Shown here: piece after piece, positions 8,755 to 18,219 of the stretch | Position numbering within the stretch: position 1 is the stretch's first letter | Layout: the number at the start of each line of letters is the position of its first letter | Source of the DNA: Clostridia bacterium | GTDB lineage: Bacteria; Bacillota; Clostridia; TANB77; RGIG9151 | DNA: 32,000 nucleotides | Direction: 5' to 3' | Assembly (NCBI GenBank): GCA_017450465.1 | Contig: JAFSUW010000019.1 | Location: 1-32,000 of the forward strand | The notes under the pieces: model-generated | The model's input: the letters and a program-made list of their open reading frames with translations, nothing else | What the model was told of the DNA's origin: nothing | Database searches by the model: none | Position numbers and translations under genes: made by a program

Positions 8755-9354
8755 CTATTCCTCTGTTATATATATGTTACCATCCTTTATAGACGCTGTT
8801 TCAAAAACTAATTCTTTTTTATGTTCTTCCTTTGGTGGCACTGTTATTAAGTTAGCAATCCTAAGTTGTGTTGGATTTATTCCTTTACCACACACTATTG
8901 CAGTATCATTTCCCTTACTTCCTGCGTGTACTAGTCCTTTTATCTCACCTGTTACTATTATGTTCCCTGTTGCTATTACTTCTGCCCCTGGGTTTATATC
9001 ACCTAATACTACAACATTTCCATTAAAGTTTATTGATGTCCCACACCTCATTGTTCCACGATAAAACTTTGTACTGCCCTCTATATCATTTGCCTGCCAA
9101 TCAAATTTTGGTATCTCCTGTGTTATATCATCAAAACCTGTTATATCTGTTATTATATTCTTTATTTCATTAAATTCTTCATCTTCAAAATATCTTCCGC
9201 GAAGTACTGTTTTTAGTTTTACGCCATGAAAGAAATCTTCAGAATCTTCAAATTTTTGTTTTAGCAATTCTTTTAATATGCTAAACTTGACTGCCTCATC
9301 AAATACAATGAAAAAGCCATCTTTTGTCAACTTAAAAACTACTTTGTCCTTCAC
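8755..9354 (-). CDS. minC: Septum site-determining protein MinC
   Basis: C-terminal beta-helix repeats GNVVVLGDINPGAEVIATGNIIVTGEIKGLVHAG. Position after mreBCD-mrdA. GTG start with GAAGGGAAGGA upstream. Confidence 0.8.
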   Translation of the reverse strand: MKDKVVFKLTKDGFFIVFDEAVKFSILKELLKQKFEDSEDFFHGVKLKTVLRGRYFEDEEFNEIKNIITDITGFDDITQEIPKFDWQANDIEGSTKFYRGTMRCGTSINFNGNVVVLGDINPGAEVIATGNIIVTGEIKGLVHAGSKGNDTAIVCGKGINPTQLRIANLITVPPKEEHKKELVFETASIKDGNIYITEE

Positions 9355-9375
9355 TTTTATCCTTCCCTTCGATTT

Positions 9376-11475
9376 TTACATCATCTCATTGTTATTTAAA
9401 ATCATTTTTGTATCGATGTTTTCTGCCTCTTCTTTTATAACAAAATACTCTTCAAGAATTGATTTTATTATAGGTGCTGTATATGTTCCGTGAGAGCCCT
9501 GTTCTATTACAGCACAGATTGCAATTTCAGGATTATCATAAGGGGCAAATCCTAAAAACCATGCATTATCGTCTTTATTTCCTACTTGTACTGTTCCTGT
9601 TTTACCAGCTACTTTTATTGGGAAATCCTTAAATGTGCTATAGGCAGTTCCTCCAGAGTCGCCTGTAACAGATTCCATTCCTTTAAATATTTCATTTAAT
9701 GTAGTTTTACTCAAATTTATATTATCTGGATACTCATCATCAGTAGTTTTGCCCAACTTTTCATCGAAATAAGTTTGAAGCTCCTCTCCACTAACTTCGG
9801 TTCCATCACTATTTATTACATTTTTTATTATATGCGGTTTTATCCTTTTTCCACCATTAGAAAGCACCGCAATATATCTTGCAATTTGAATAGGTGTAAA
9901 AGTATTATCCGATTGGCCTATTGATGCACTTAACGTATGACCTGCTGTCCATTTTTTGTTTATAGTGTTTGCATACGTTCTTCCTGCTACAATACCCTTT
10001 TTCTCTCCCGGTAATTCTACACCAGTCTTTTCTCCCAAACCAAATAATTTAGCATATTTTTCAATATTATCTATACCTACATCTTCACCAACTTTATAGA
10101 AAAAGTAGTTACATGAATATTTAATAGCATCTGCTACATTTATCTTTCCATGCGTTCTGCCACTTCCTGGGCTCCATATCCAACATTTTGGTTGTGGCGT
10201 AGTATATTTTTTATATACACCTTCATCTTCTACTATCGTGTTAGGCGTTATTGTTTTAGTTTCAAGTGCAGCAGCCGCAACTACCATTTTGAATATTGAC
10301 CCTGGTGAATAAAGACCTAGTATATTCCTATTAAACATCGGCTTTGTATCGCTATTTAATTCTTTCCATTCTTTTGTTGTAACACCTTTTACGAAAACAT
10401 TTGGATCATAATCTGGGTAACTTGCCATTGCTAAAATTTCACCAGTGTTTACATCTATTGCTACTACGGCTCCAGACTTTGCTTGTGCCGAACCCTCTTT
10501 ATATTCACCATTTGCTATTTTTTTGATGTTTTCTTTTAATGCTTTTTCGGTTACTTCTTGAAGTTTAGAATCGATTGTTAAATATACCTGTGAACCGGCT
10601 TTTGAATCAGATGTGCCTGTTGGGATATACCTACCAAACTCATCTACTTCTATTTTTTCCGAAGAGTTTTGACCTCTTAAGTAACTTTCCATCACACTTT
10701 CTATTCCATCTTTTCCTATGTTATCGTTCATGGAATAGCCATTTTCTTTTAACTCTGAATATTGTTCTTCGCTTATTTTACCTATATATCCTAAAATATG
10801 ACTTGCAAGTTTTTTATTTGGATATGTTCTAATTGGCTGTATCTCTATTGAAACACCAGGAAATTCCGCACTACGCTCGGTTACTTCTGAAATTACTTCT
10901 TTTCCTACATCGGTTGCTACTTCATAAGCACTATAAGAACTATACCCCGAATTTTCAAGTTCATAACGCATTGCAATTATATTTCGCTGCTCTTCTAAAG
11001 TATATTTTTTATCTACCTCATATTTATCCACATAGAACTTAAATACATCCTCTACTGTATCTTTATCTTCAAATTTATTTCTTTTTTTCCAACGTGCAAG
11101 TGCTTCATCTTCTAAATCAAATCGAAGTGGTTCTACTAAAACAGGAAATGTATCTCTATAAGTTGTGTCCCACTTCTTTAGTATTTTTATTAGTTTAAGT
11201 ATCATTTCATTTCTTTCACTACTATCTTGTTTTGTCCTATAAAGCATCAAATTAAAACCTTCGCGACTTGTCGCCAAGATATCTCCATACCTATCTAATA
11301 TCTCACCACGTGGTGCTACTACTTTTCTACTACGCAAAATTCTGTTTTCCGCTTCTTGCCTATAATCTTTGCCATTTACTATTTGCAAATTAAAAAGCTC
11401 TATAACAAAAATTATACCTATCAAAACCATTATGATATCTAAAATAGTAACACGAATATCCCTATTTTCATTCAT
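9376..11475 (-). CDS. mrdA: Penicillin-binding protein 2, elongation transpeptidase
   Basis: N-terminal TM segment and the transpeptidase motifs SIFK (SxxK), SCN (SxN) and KTGT. GGTGA RBS lies 5 nt before ATG 11475. The track start, GTG 11484, overlaps the mreD stop. Confidence 0.9.
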   Translation of the reverse strand: MNENRDIRVTILDIIMVLIGIIFVIELFNLQIVNGKDYRQEAENRILRSRKVVAPRGEILDRYGDILATSREGFNLMLYRTKQDSSERNEMILKLIKILKKWDTTYRDTFPVLVEPLRFDLEDEALARWKKRNKFEDKDTVEDVFKFYVDKYEVDKKYTLEEQRNIIAMRYELENSGYSSYSAYEVATDVGKEVISEVTERSAEFPGVSIEIQPIRTYPNKKLASHILGYIGKISEEQYSELKENGYSMNDNIGKDGIESVMESYLRGQNSSEKIEVDEFGRYIPTGTSDSKAGSQVYLTIDSKLQEVTEKALKENIKKIANGEYKEGSAQAKSGAVVAIDVNTGEILAMASYPDYDPNVFVKGVTTKEWKELNSDTKPMFNRNILGLYSPGSIFKMVVAAAALETKTITPNTIVEDEGVYKKYTTPQPKCWIWSPGSGRTHGKINVADAIKYSCNYFFYKVGEDVGIDNIEKYAKLFGLGEKTGVELPGEKKGIVAGRTYANTINKKWTAGHTLSASIGQSDNTFTPIQIARYIAVLSNGGKRIKPHIIKNVINSDGTEVSGEELQTYFDEKLGKTTDDEYPDNINLSKTTLNEIFKGMESVTGDSGGTAYSTFKDFPIKVAGKTGTVQVGNKDDNAWFLGFAPYDNPEIAICAVIEQGSHGTYTAPIIKSILEEYFVIKEEAENIDTKMILNNNEMM

Positions 11476-11480
11476 ATATT

Positions 11481-11990
11481 TCACCTTTTACTAAATATAT
11501 TTCTATCTATTTCAAGCCCTAAATTTATTTTTAGTAATATTGGATAAACAAAGAAACTTATAATACTATTAAGTAATATGACTATACCTATATTGCTAAG
11601 CATAACAAGTAAATCTACTTGTTGTGAATAAACAAACGCTACATAAAAATATAAAATTGTTTCATATAAGAACGTAGTAAAAATCATGAAAACTAATATT
11701 ACTAAATAATTATCCTTAAAAACTTTTTTATTAAAACTTCCTAAAAATACTCCTATATACAAAAATAATAGTGCGTTTATTCCTATGCTTCTTCCGTAGT
11801 AAAAATCAAGCATAATTCCAAGGAAAAAACCTACTACACCACCACTTGTACTTCCAAATAAAAACGCTATTGAACAGATTATAATTAAACACAAATCTGG
11901 TTGCACACCAAAAACAGTTATTTCTGGCATTAATGTTGTTTGCAAAATATACGTTAAAACTATAGTAATTGCTATAAATAACTGTTTCAT
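11481..11990 (-). CDS. mreD: Rod shape-determining protein MreD
   Basis: 169-aa polytopic membrane protein located between mreC and mrdA. Confidence 0.75.
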   Translation of the reverse strand: MKQLFIAITIVLTYILQTTLMPEITVFGVQPDLCLIIICSIAFLFGSTSGGVVGFFLGIMLDFYYGRSIGINALLFLYIGVFLGSFNKKVFKDNYLVILVFMIFTTFLYETILYFYVAFVYSQQVDLLVMLSNIGIVILLNSIISFFVYPILLKINLGLEIDRNIFSKR

Positions 11991-12003
11991 ATTGCCTCCT
12001 TAT

Positions 12004-12834
12004 TTATTTTAATATTATAACTTCACGAAGTGTCTTAAAGTTAACACCAGGAGTAACTGTCGCATAACGACTTAAAAGCGACATATCGTCATTTTCTATT
12101 TCTTTTACTGTCCCTATATATATACCTTCTGGATATATACCATCTACACCGGCTATTCCCGATGTTTCTATTACATCACCTTCCGATAATGGTATATCTG
12201 ATGTAATATAATTTATTTTTATTAACCCTTTGTCAGTTAAATTCATATCGCCACTTGCTGTTACAAGTTCACCTGTTTTTGTTATTTTTGCACCTATTTG
12301 ATTACTTGCATCAAGTATGGAAACAATTTTTGAACTGTTTTCATATACTTCAACTACTTTTCCAACAAGTCCATTATGCGTAAGTACTACTGAATCTACT
12401 TTTACACCATCTTTTTTACCTTTATCTACAACAAAAACATTAAACCATAATCCTGGTTCTTTTGAAATTATAGATGCCACTACATTTTCTCTATCAACAT
12501 ACTTTTTCGATAAATTAAGTAATTCACGAAGTTCAACGTTTTCTGCTTCATATGCCTCAAGTTGCCTTATTTTCTCGGAAAGTTTTGCATTTTCTTCAGT
12601 CAATTCTTCATTTTTTATTTTGTAATTTTTCATTTCAGCGAAATAATTAATTGAATCTGTAACTGCATTTATTGGCTTCATAACAACATTTTGTATTGGT
12701 ACAAATATAGCTTGTATAATTTTTTGAAAAAAGTTTGGGTTTTCTACCGGCTTTACTGTAAGAGATATCGAAACAATTAAAATTAAAGTAATTATTACTA
12801 CTATTAATTTTTTCTTTTTCATTATTCCTTCCAA
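12004..12834 (-). CDS. mreC: Rod shape-determining protein MreC
   Basis: N-terminal TM segment, a coiled coil (NEELTEENAKLSEKIRQLE), then beta-rich domains. The start is either TTG 12834 (GGAG 8 nt upstream) or ATG 12822. Confidence 0.85.
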   Translation of the reverse strand: MEGIMKKKKLIVVIITLILIVSISLTVKPVENPNFFQKIIQAIFVPIQNVVMKPINAVTDSINYFAEMKNYKIKNEELTEENAKLSEKIRQLEAYEAENVELRELLNLSKKYVDRENVVASIISKEPGLWFNVFVVDKGKKDGVKVDSVVLTHNGLVGKVVEVYENSSKIVSILDASNQIGAKITKTGELVTASGDMNLTDKGLIKINYITSDIPLSEGDVIETSGIAGVDGIYPEGIYIGTVKEIENDDMSLLSRYATVTPGVNFKTLREVIILK

Positions 12835-12863
12835 CTATATCACTCCTAGATTATAACCTTAAG

Positions 12864-13883
12864 TTATTTCATCCTACGACTTATCAAAACTTGTTTTAAC
12901 ACATCTAAGTTTTCTACAACCTTACCTGCTCCCAAAACAACACAATCAACCGGGTCATCAGCAAGTTTAACAGGCATTCCAGTTTCTTTCTCGATTAATT
13001 TATCTATTCCATAGATTAACGCACCGCCACCTGCTAAGTATATGCCTCTATTCATTATATCTGCAGCAAGTTCTGGTGGAGTTTTTTCAAGTGTATATTT
13101 TATCGCATCAACAATTGCACCAATTGGCTCACTCATTGCATTTAACATATCTCTTGAGGTAATTATCATATTACGTGGAAGTCCTGTTACTAAATCTCTA
13201 CCTCTTATATCCATTTTTTCTTCCTTTTCACGAGGAAAAGCACATCCTATACCAAGTTTAATCTCTTCTGCAGTTCTTTCACCTATCATTAAATTAAACT
13301 CTTTCTTTATATAGTTACTTATACTATCATCAATCTTTTCTCCGGCAATTCTTATTGATTTTGATACAACTATACCACCAAGAGATATTACTGCTACCTC
13401 ACTTGTACCTCCGCCAATATCTACAATCATGCTTCCTGACGCATCTTCTATTGGTAAATTTGCACCTATTGCCGCTGCCATTGGTTCTTCTATTAAAAAT
13501 GCCTCTCTTGCACCTGCTGCAACTGCTGCTTCATTTACTGCTCTTTCTTCTACTTCTGTAACGCCTGATGGTACGCCAACAACTACTCTTGGCTTTCCAA
13601 AAATACTATCTTTGCAAACCTTTTTTATATAATACTTAAGCATTGCCTGCGTAACTTCAAAATCAGCAATTACTCCATCTTTTAACGGACTTATAGCAAC
13701 AATTGCTCCTGGAGTTCTACCTATCATGTCCTTTGCTTCGTTTCCAACAGCAAGGACTCTCTTTTCTTTGTTATTTACTGCTACTACAGATGGCTCTCTT
13801 AATACTACTCCTTCTCCTGCTACATAGATAAGTGTATTAGCTGTTCCTAAATCAATTCCTATATCTTTTACCCAAAATCCCAT
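12864..13883 (-). CDS. mreB: Rod shape-determining protein MreB
   Basis: Actin-fold motifs [10 protein letters not shown] and [19 protein letters not shown] lies 5 nt before ATG 13883. Confidence 0.95.
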   Translation of the reverse strand: MGFWVKDIGIDLGTANTLIYVAGEGVVLREPSVVAVNNKEKRVLAVGNEAKDMIGRTPGAIVAISPLKDGVIADFEVTQAMLKYYIKKVCKDSIFGKPRVVVGVPSGVTEVEERAVNEAAVAAGAREAFLIEEPMAAAIGANLPIEDASGSMIVDIGGGTSEVAVISLGGIVVSKSIRIAGEKIDDSISNYIKKEFNLMIGERTAEEIKLGIGCAFPREKEEKMDIRGRDLVTGLPRNMIITSRDMLNAMSEPIGAIVDAIKYTLEKTPPELAADIMNRGIYLAGGGALIYGIDKLIEKETGMPVKLADDPVDCVVLGAGKVVENLDVLKQVLISRRMK

Positions 13884-13901
13884 AATATCCTCCAAATATT
13901 C

Positions 13902-14597
13902 TTATTTTTCATCCTTGATATATCCAGCATCCCTAAAACTCACGTAACATTTGTCGCCAATTATAAGATGATCTATCAAAACAATTCCTAAATTCTTTGA
14001 AAGTTCAACTATTTTTTCAGTATATGATATATCATCATCACTTGGCATAGGATTACCGCTTGGATGATTGTGTATAATTATAACATGTGGCCTACTATAA
14101 TGCATCGCATCTTTAAAAATTTCACGCGGATTCACATGTGTAGAATTATCATTACCTCTAGAAACTATACTATATTTTAATAATTTACCATGGTCATCAG
14201 TAATTATTATCATAACTTCTTCAACTTCTGAATAACGCATTTTACTATATGCAAGTTTTACTGCGTCTTCAGAATTTATAATTTTTGTTACACTTGCTCC
14301 ACTTAAATTTATTCTATTGGCGAGTTCAAAAACTGCCTTTAATTGTATAGCTTTTACTCTACCGATTCCATTTATTTTAGTTAGTTCTTCTATACTCATT
14401 TTTCTTATAAAGCTTAAATTATCGCCATTCGAATTTTCCATGATAAGTTTCTGTGCAAGTTGCACAGATGTCTGCCCAGGGATACCTGTCTTTATAATTA
14501 TAGCAAGAAGTTCTGAATCCGATAAAAATTCTGCTCCTTTTTGCTCTAATTTCTCGTAAGGCCGGTCTTCTAATGGCATCTCTACTATTTTTGCCAT
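13902..14597 (-). CDS. radC: RadC-family JAB/MPN domain protein
   Basis: HhH region (GIGRVKAIQL) and the JAMM motif HNHPSGNPMPSDDD. Conserved position upstream of mreB. Confidence 0.9.
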   Translation of the reverse strand: MAKIVEMPLEDRPYEKLEQKGAEFLSDSELLAIIIKTGIPGQTSVQLAQKLIMENSNGDNLSFIRKMSIEELTKINGIGRVKAIQLKAVFELANRINLSGASVTKIINSEDAVKLAYSKMRYSEVEEVMIIITDDHGKLLKYSIVSRGNDNSTHVNPREIFKDAMHYSRPHVIIIHNHPSGNPMPSDDDISYTEKIVELSKNLGIVLIDHLIIGDKCYVSFRDAGYIKDEK

Positions 14598-14635
14598 AAT
14601 TCCTCCTTCTTACCAACCGGTCCCTGGTAAATATA

Positions 14636-14899
14636 TTAATCTACTACTTTTTTAGCAACTATGTATCCAACTGCAAAACCAATTATACTCATAATATTTA
14701 TCCTAAAAAGTAGTCCAAAAGTTAATTTAACGACAGCCAAATCAAGCACAAGTGGCTCTGTCATTCCAAATTCTATGCCTTCATCTAAAAAGCTTAATCC
14801 TGGTACATAGCCAAGGAAATGGCCAATAATACCAAATAGTAATATGCCTGCAAATATTATGCTAATAAATAATAATCTGTTTTTTGATTTATATAACAT
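14636..14899 (-). CDS. Small membrane protein, probably DUF4321 family
   Basis: 87 aa with two hydrophobic segments. AAAGGA RBS lies 9 nt before ATG 14899. The family assignment is from memory of the sequence pattern and its neighbourhood upstream of radC/mreB in Clostridia. Confidence 0.55.
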   Translation of the reverse strand: MLYKSKNRLLFISIIFAGILLFGIIGHFLGYVPGLSFLDEGIEFGMTEPLVLDLAVVKLTFGLLFRINIMSIIGFAVGYIVAKKVVD

Positions 14900-14973
14900 A
14901 TAATACCATCCTTTCAATGCCTTAATTATATATTTTTTATATGATTAATTCAACCTTTTTAGCAAAATTGATG

Positions 14974-14996
14974 AAAAAGGAGCATGCGTATGCTCC
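14974..14996 (-). terminator. Rho-independent terminator of pncB
   Basis: Minus strand reads ggagcat-acgc-atgctcc immediately after the stop, followed by TTTTT. Confidence 0.75.
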
Positions 14997-16196
14997 CTAT
15001 TTCATGCTTTCTCTTTTTATCCTAAAATCTACAGAACGCTTTAAGTACTCAAGGTATTCATCGTCTTTACACATAGCTTTTCCTACTGTATCTGACAATT
15101 TTGCAACTGGTCTTCCATTTACATATTGAAGTTTAATTACTATGTTTAATGGTTCTTCACAAGTATCATTTGAACAAAATGTTCCTATTCCAAATGCCAC
15201 TTTTACCTTATCACAAAAATAATCATAAATCTTCTGGGCCTTATCAAAGTTTAAGTTATCACTAAATAATAAAACTTTTGTTTTTGGGTCTACACCATAA
15301 CTATTATAATGATTTATTATTTTTTCGCCCCAAACATAAGGATCCCCACTATCATGCCTTACGCCTGTATAGTTGTTTACCATTGCCCTATTGAAATCTA
15401 GCAAGAATAAATCTGTTGTTATCGTATCTGTAAGCGCAGTTCCGTTATCTCCTTTATATTCATCATACCAATCTTGCATTGCATAATGGTTAGTATATGC
15501 AAGCGGTATAGAATCTATTCCTTGATACATTTGTACAAATTCGTGTGCATAAGTACCTATAGGCGTAACATTATACTTCATAGCAAGATATACATTAGAT
15601 GTACCAACACAAGAGTTTGTTTCTTTAACAAATCTTCTTACAACAGTATCTTGCCACTCGCGTGATAAACGTCTACGGCAACCGAATTCTGCAAACTTAA
15701 ATGTATATGTTCCATCATTTAATGCCTTTACTTTAGCATCTAACTTCTCTTCGGCAGATTTTACAAGCGTCTCATAATCATAACTCATCCTAAAATATAC
15801 TTCGTTAACAATCTCTAAAAGATATATTTCAAATTGCATAGCGGAAAACAATGGCCCATCAACAACTATTGAAAGTTCACCATTTTCAGATAAATTAACT
15901 GAAACATAGTCGCGTATAGGATGCCAAAGCCTTAAAAATTCAACATAATCATTTTTTATAAAACGAATAGAACGAAGATAATCTAGTTCCTCTTTTTGTA
16001 ACCTTAAAGTGCATAAGTAATCAATCTGCTCATTTATTTCGTCTACCATTTCTTTAGTAAACTTAATGCCATCGTTTCGACATTTAAAATAATACTGTCC
16101 ACAAAGGTCTGGATGTTTATGGAATATTACTTGGTCCATATTAAATTTGTAAAGGTCTGTATCGAGTAGTGATACTACTATTGGTGCTAGTTTCAT
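14997..16196 (-). CDS. pncB: Nicotinate phosphoribosyltransferase
   Basis: About 400 aa with the N-terminus SLLDTDLYKFNM that is typical of PncB. Adjacent to a nicotinamidase gene. Confidence 0.85.
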   Translation of the reverse strand: MKLAPIVVSLLDTDLYKFNMDQVIFHKHPDLCGQYYFKCRNDGIKFTKEMVDEINEQIDYLCTLRLQKEELDYLRSIRFIKNDYVEFLRLWHPIRDYVSVNLSENGELSIVVDGPLFSAMQFEIYLLEIVNEVYFRMSYDYETLVKSAEEKLDAKVKALNDGTYTFKFAEFGCRRRLSREWQDTVVRRFVKETNSCVGTSNVYLAMKYNVTPIGTYAHEFVQMYQGIDSIPLAYTNHYAMQDWYDEYKGDNGTALTDTITTDLFLLDFNRAMVNNYTGVRHDSGDPYVWGEKIINHYNSYGVDPKTKVLLFSDNLNFDKAQKIYDYFCDKVKVAFGIGTFCSNDTCEEPLNIVIKLQYVNGRPVAKLSDTVGKAMCKDDEYLEYLKRSVDFRIKRESMK

Positions 16197-16208
16197 ATTA
16201 TTTCCTCC

Positions 16209-16739
16209 TTAAATTACATCTATATGGCAACTTCTCATAGTTTCAAGTGCTACTTCATGCTTATTTTGTGTAACACCCGCGCAGCAAGAAGAATCTACTG
16301 TTATCGTGGTTTCTGGGAAATTTGCTTTCAATATAAGTACATTGCTAACCACACAAATGTCTGTACATAATCCTATAACTTCTATCAAAAATTCATCCTC
16401 ACCTACTGCTTCTTTTATTAAACTTGGAAGCTTGGTAGAACCAAATGTATTCTTTAAAACCGTCGTATATTCTTTATTTTTGAGTGCCTCAAAAACTTCA
16501 GTATTTAACTGCCAGCCCTCTGTATCTTTTACACAGTGTATTACCGGAAGTTTTTTGCCTTCTAGTGTGCTTAAATAATCTTCAAAGTGAGTATCGTATG
16601 TCACAAATATTTTGCCATCAAAGTTTTTTATTTTTTCTACAACTTTTGGTACAATACTTATCGCTTCTTTTGAACCTAGTGCGCCATCAACAAAGTCTTT
16701 TTGCATATCAACAACCACCAAAATCTTTTCCACACGCAT
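16209..16739 (-). CDS. pncA: Nicotinamidase, isochorismatase-family cysteine hydrolase
   Basis: Motifs VVVDMQKDF and GLCTDICV (catalytic Cys). Forms an operon with pncB. AAGG RBS precedes ATG 16739. Confidence 0.8.
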   Translation of the reverse strand: MRVEKILVVVDMQKDFVDGALGSKEAISIVPKVVEKIKNFDGKIFVTYDTHFEDYLSTLEGKKLPVIHCVKDTEGWQLNTEVFEALKNKEYTTVLKNTFGSTKLPSLIKEAVGEDEFLIEVIGLCTDICVVSNVLILKANFPETTITVDSSCCAGVTQNKHEVALETMRSCHIDVI

Positions 16740-16785
16740 CACTACCTTCTATAAATATTTCTATTTTATTTTAATTTTTGGCAAC

Positions 16786-16815
16786 AAAAAAAGCAAGTCT
16801 ATTTTCAGATAGACT
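16786..16815 (-). terminator. Rho-independent terminator of aqpZ
   Basis: Minus strand reads agtctat-ctgaaa-atagact, then tgc and TTTTTTT. A second perfect 9-bp GC-rich hairpin, tggccgatg/catcggcca, lies at 16841-16862 just after the stop. Confidence 0.6.
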
Positions 16816-16880
16816 CACTTTTTAATAATTCGCATTAACATGGCCGATGTGGGCATCGGCCACTACAATTATATTTGTTA

Positions 16881-17525
16881 TTATTCTTCTTTAGCTAAGT
16901 ATTTCCAAACAACTGCTGCAATAGCACCACCTACAAGTGGAGCAAGTATAAACAACCAAAGTTGGCTTATTGCCTCGCCACCAACAAAAATTGCTGGGCC
17001 AATGCTTCTTGCAGGGTTTACAGATGTTCCTGTTAGTGGAATACCTAAAATATGTACAAATGTTAATGTTAAACCAATTACTAAACCAGAAATAGTTGCA
17101 TTCTCTGTTTTAGATGTAACACCCAAAATTGCTAAAACAAATGTAAATGTTAAAATTGTTTCTACTAAAAATCCTATTCCTAATGTTACTGATTCAGCAC
17201 AAACATTTTGTCCTAAATTTGAATTAGATCCAGCAATTAACCATAAAAGTGCTGCACCACAAACTGCACCTGCAACTTGTGCTACAACATAACCGCAAAA
17301 GTCTTTTGGTGTCATTTTTTTACTAATTAACATAGCAAGTGAAACTGCTGGGTTTACATGGCAACCAGAAATATTTCCGATTGAATATGCCATTGCTACA
17401 ATGGCAAGACCAAATGCAACTGCAATACCAAGTGTTCCAACAGCACTACCTGCTATTACTGCACTACCACAACCAAATAATACCAATACTGCTGTCCCAA
17501 TAAATTCTGCAATGTACTTTTTCAT
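16881..17525 (-). CDS. aqpZ: Aquaporin Z / MIP-family channel
   Basis: Two NPA boxes (SGCHVNPAVS and GTSVNPARS) and six TM segments. Confidence 0.9.
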   Translation of the reverse strand: MKKYIAEFIGTAVLVLFGCGSAVIAGSAVGTLGIAVAFGLAIVAMAYSIGNISGCHVNPAVSLAMLISKKMTPKDFCGYVVAQVAGAVCGAALLWLIAGSNSNLGQNVCAESVTLGIGFLVETILTFTFVLAILGVTSKTENATISGLVIGLTLTFVHILGIPLTGTSVNPARSIGPAIFVGGEAISQLWLFILAPLVGGAIAAVVWKYLAKEE

Positions 17526-17591
17526 TATACATCCCCCCGTAAATTTTTATACTAAATAAAGACATCAAAAGTTGATGCCTTTATGAGTACC

Positions 17592-18134
17592 TTAATAATT
17601 TTCTTGCTTTAATTCAAAATATGCCTTTGGATGTGAACATACTGGACAAATTTCAGGTGCAGTTTCTCCATAATGAATGTGTCCACAATTACGACAAATC
17701 CATGCAACCTTTGTTCCATCTTTGCTAAATACTTTTCCATCCTCAATATTCTTGAGCAACTTGTTGTATCTTTCTTCATGCTCTTTTTCTATTTTTCCAA
17801 CAGATTCAAATAAAAATGCAATCTTATCAAAGCCCTCTTCTTTGGCTTCTTTTGCAAATTTTGCATACATATCTGTCCATTCATAGTTTTCACCAGCAGC
17901 TGCTGCTTTTAAGTTTTCTGTAGTTGTTGGAACATCTCCACCATTTAATAGCTTAAACCAAATCTTTGCATGCTCTTTTTCATTATCTGCTGTCATTGTA
18001 AAGAAATCAGCGATTTGCTCAAAGCCTTCTTTTTTAGCTTTTGAAGCATAATATGTGTATTTGTTTCTTGCTTGTGATTCTCCAGCAAATGCTGCCATTA
18101 AATTCGCTTCTGTTTTTGAACCTTTTAATTCCAT
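17592..18134 (-). CDS. rbr: Rubrerythrin
   Basis: Ferritin-like diiron domain plus a C-terminal rubredoxin-like CRNCGH...CPVCSHP. Confidence 0.9.
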   Translation of the reverse strand: MELKGSKTEANLMAAFAGESQARNKYTYYASKAKKEGFEQIADFFTMTADNEKEHAKIWFKLLNGGDVPTTTENLKAAAAGENYEWTDMYAKFAKEAKEEGFDKIAFLFESVGKIEKEHEERYNKLLKNIEDGKVFSKDGTKVAWICRNCGHIHYGETAPEICPVCSHPKAYFELKQENY

Positions 18135-18168
18135 CTATACCATCCTCTCGTAAATTAATTTCAAATGT

Positions 18169-18197
18169 ATTATATATTTTGTTAGATGAAATTTCAA
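18169..18197 (-). promoter_or_regulatory. Sigma-A promoter of rubrerythrin
   Basis: Minus strand: TTGAAA (18197-18192), 17-nt spacer, TATAAT (18174-18169). Confidence 0.55.
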
Positions 18198-18219
18198 GAT
18201 AGAAAAATAATTTGTCTAA

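Noticed and set aside
14419-14616. 65-aa ORF overlapping the 5' end of radC in another frame
   Set aside because: It is nested in the well-supported radC gene and its upstream region on the same strand. It is Arg-rich nonsense sequence with no independent RBS.
18198-18219. PerR-type box upstream of rubrerythrin (taatttgtctaatta)
   Set aside because: Only 5-bp AT-only arms pair, which is indistinguishable from background in this AT-rich spacer.
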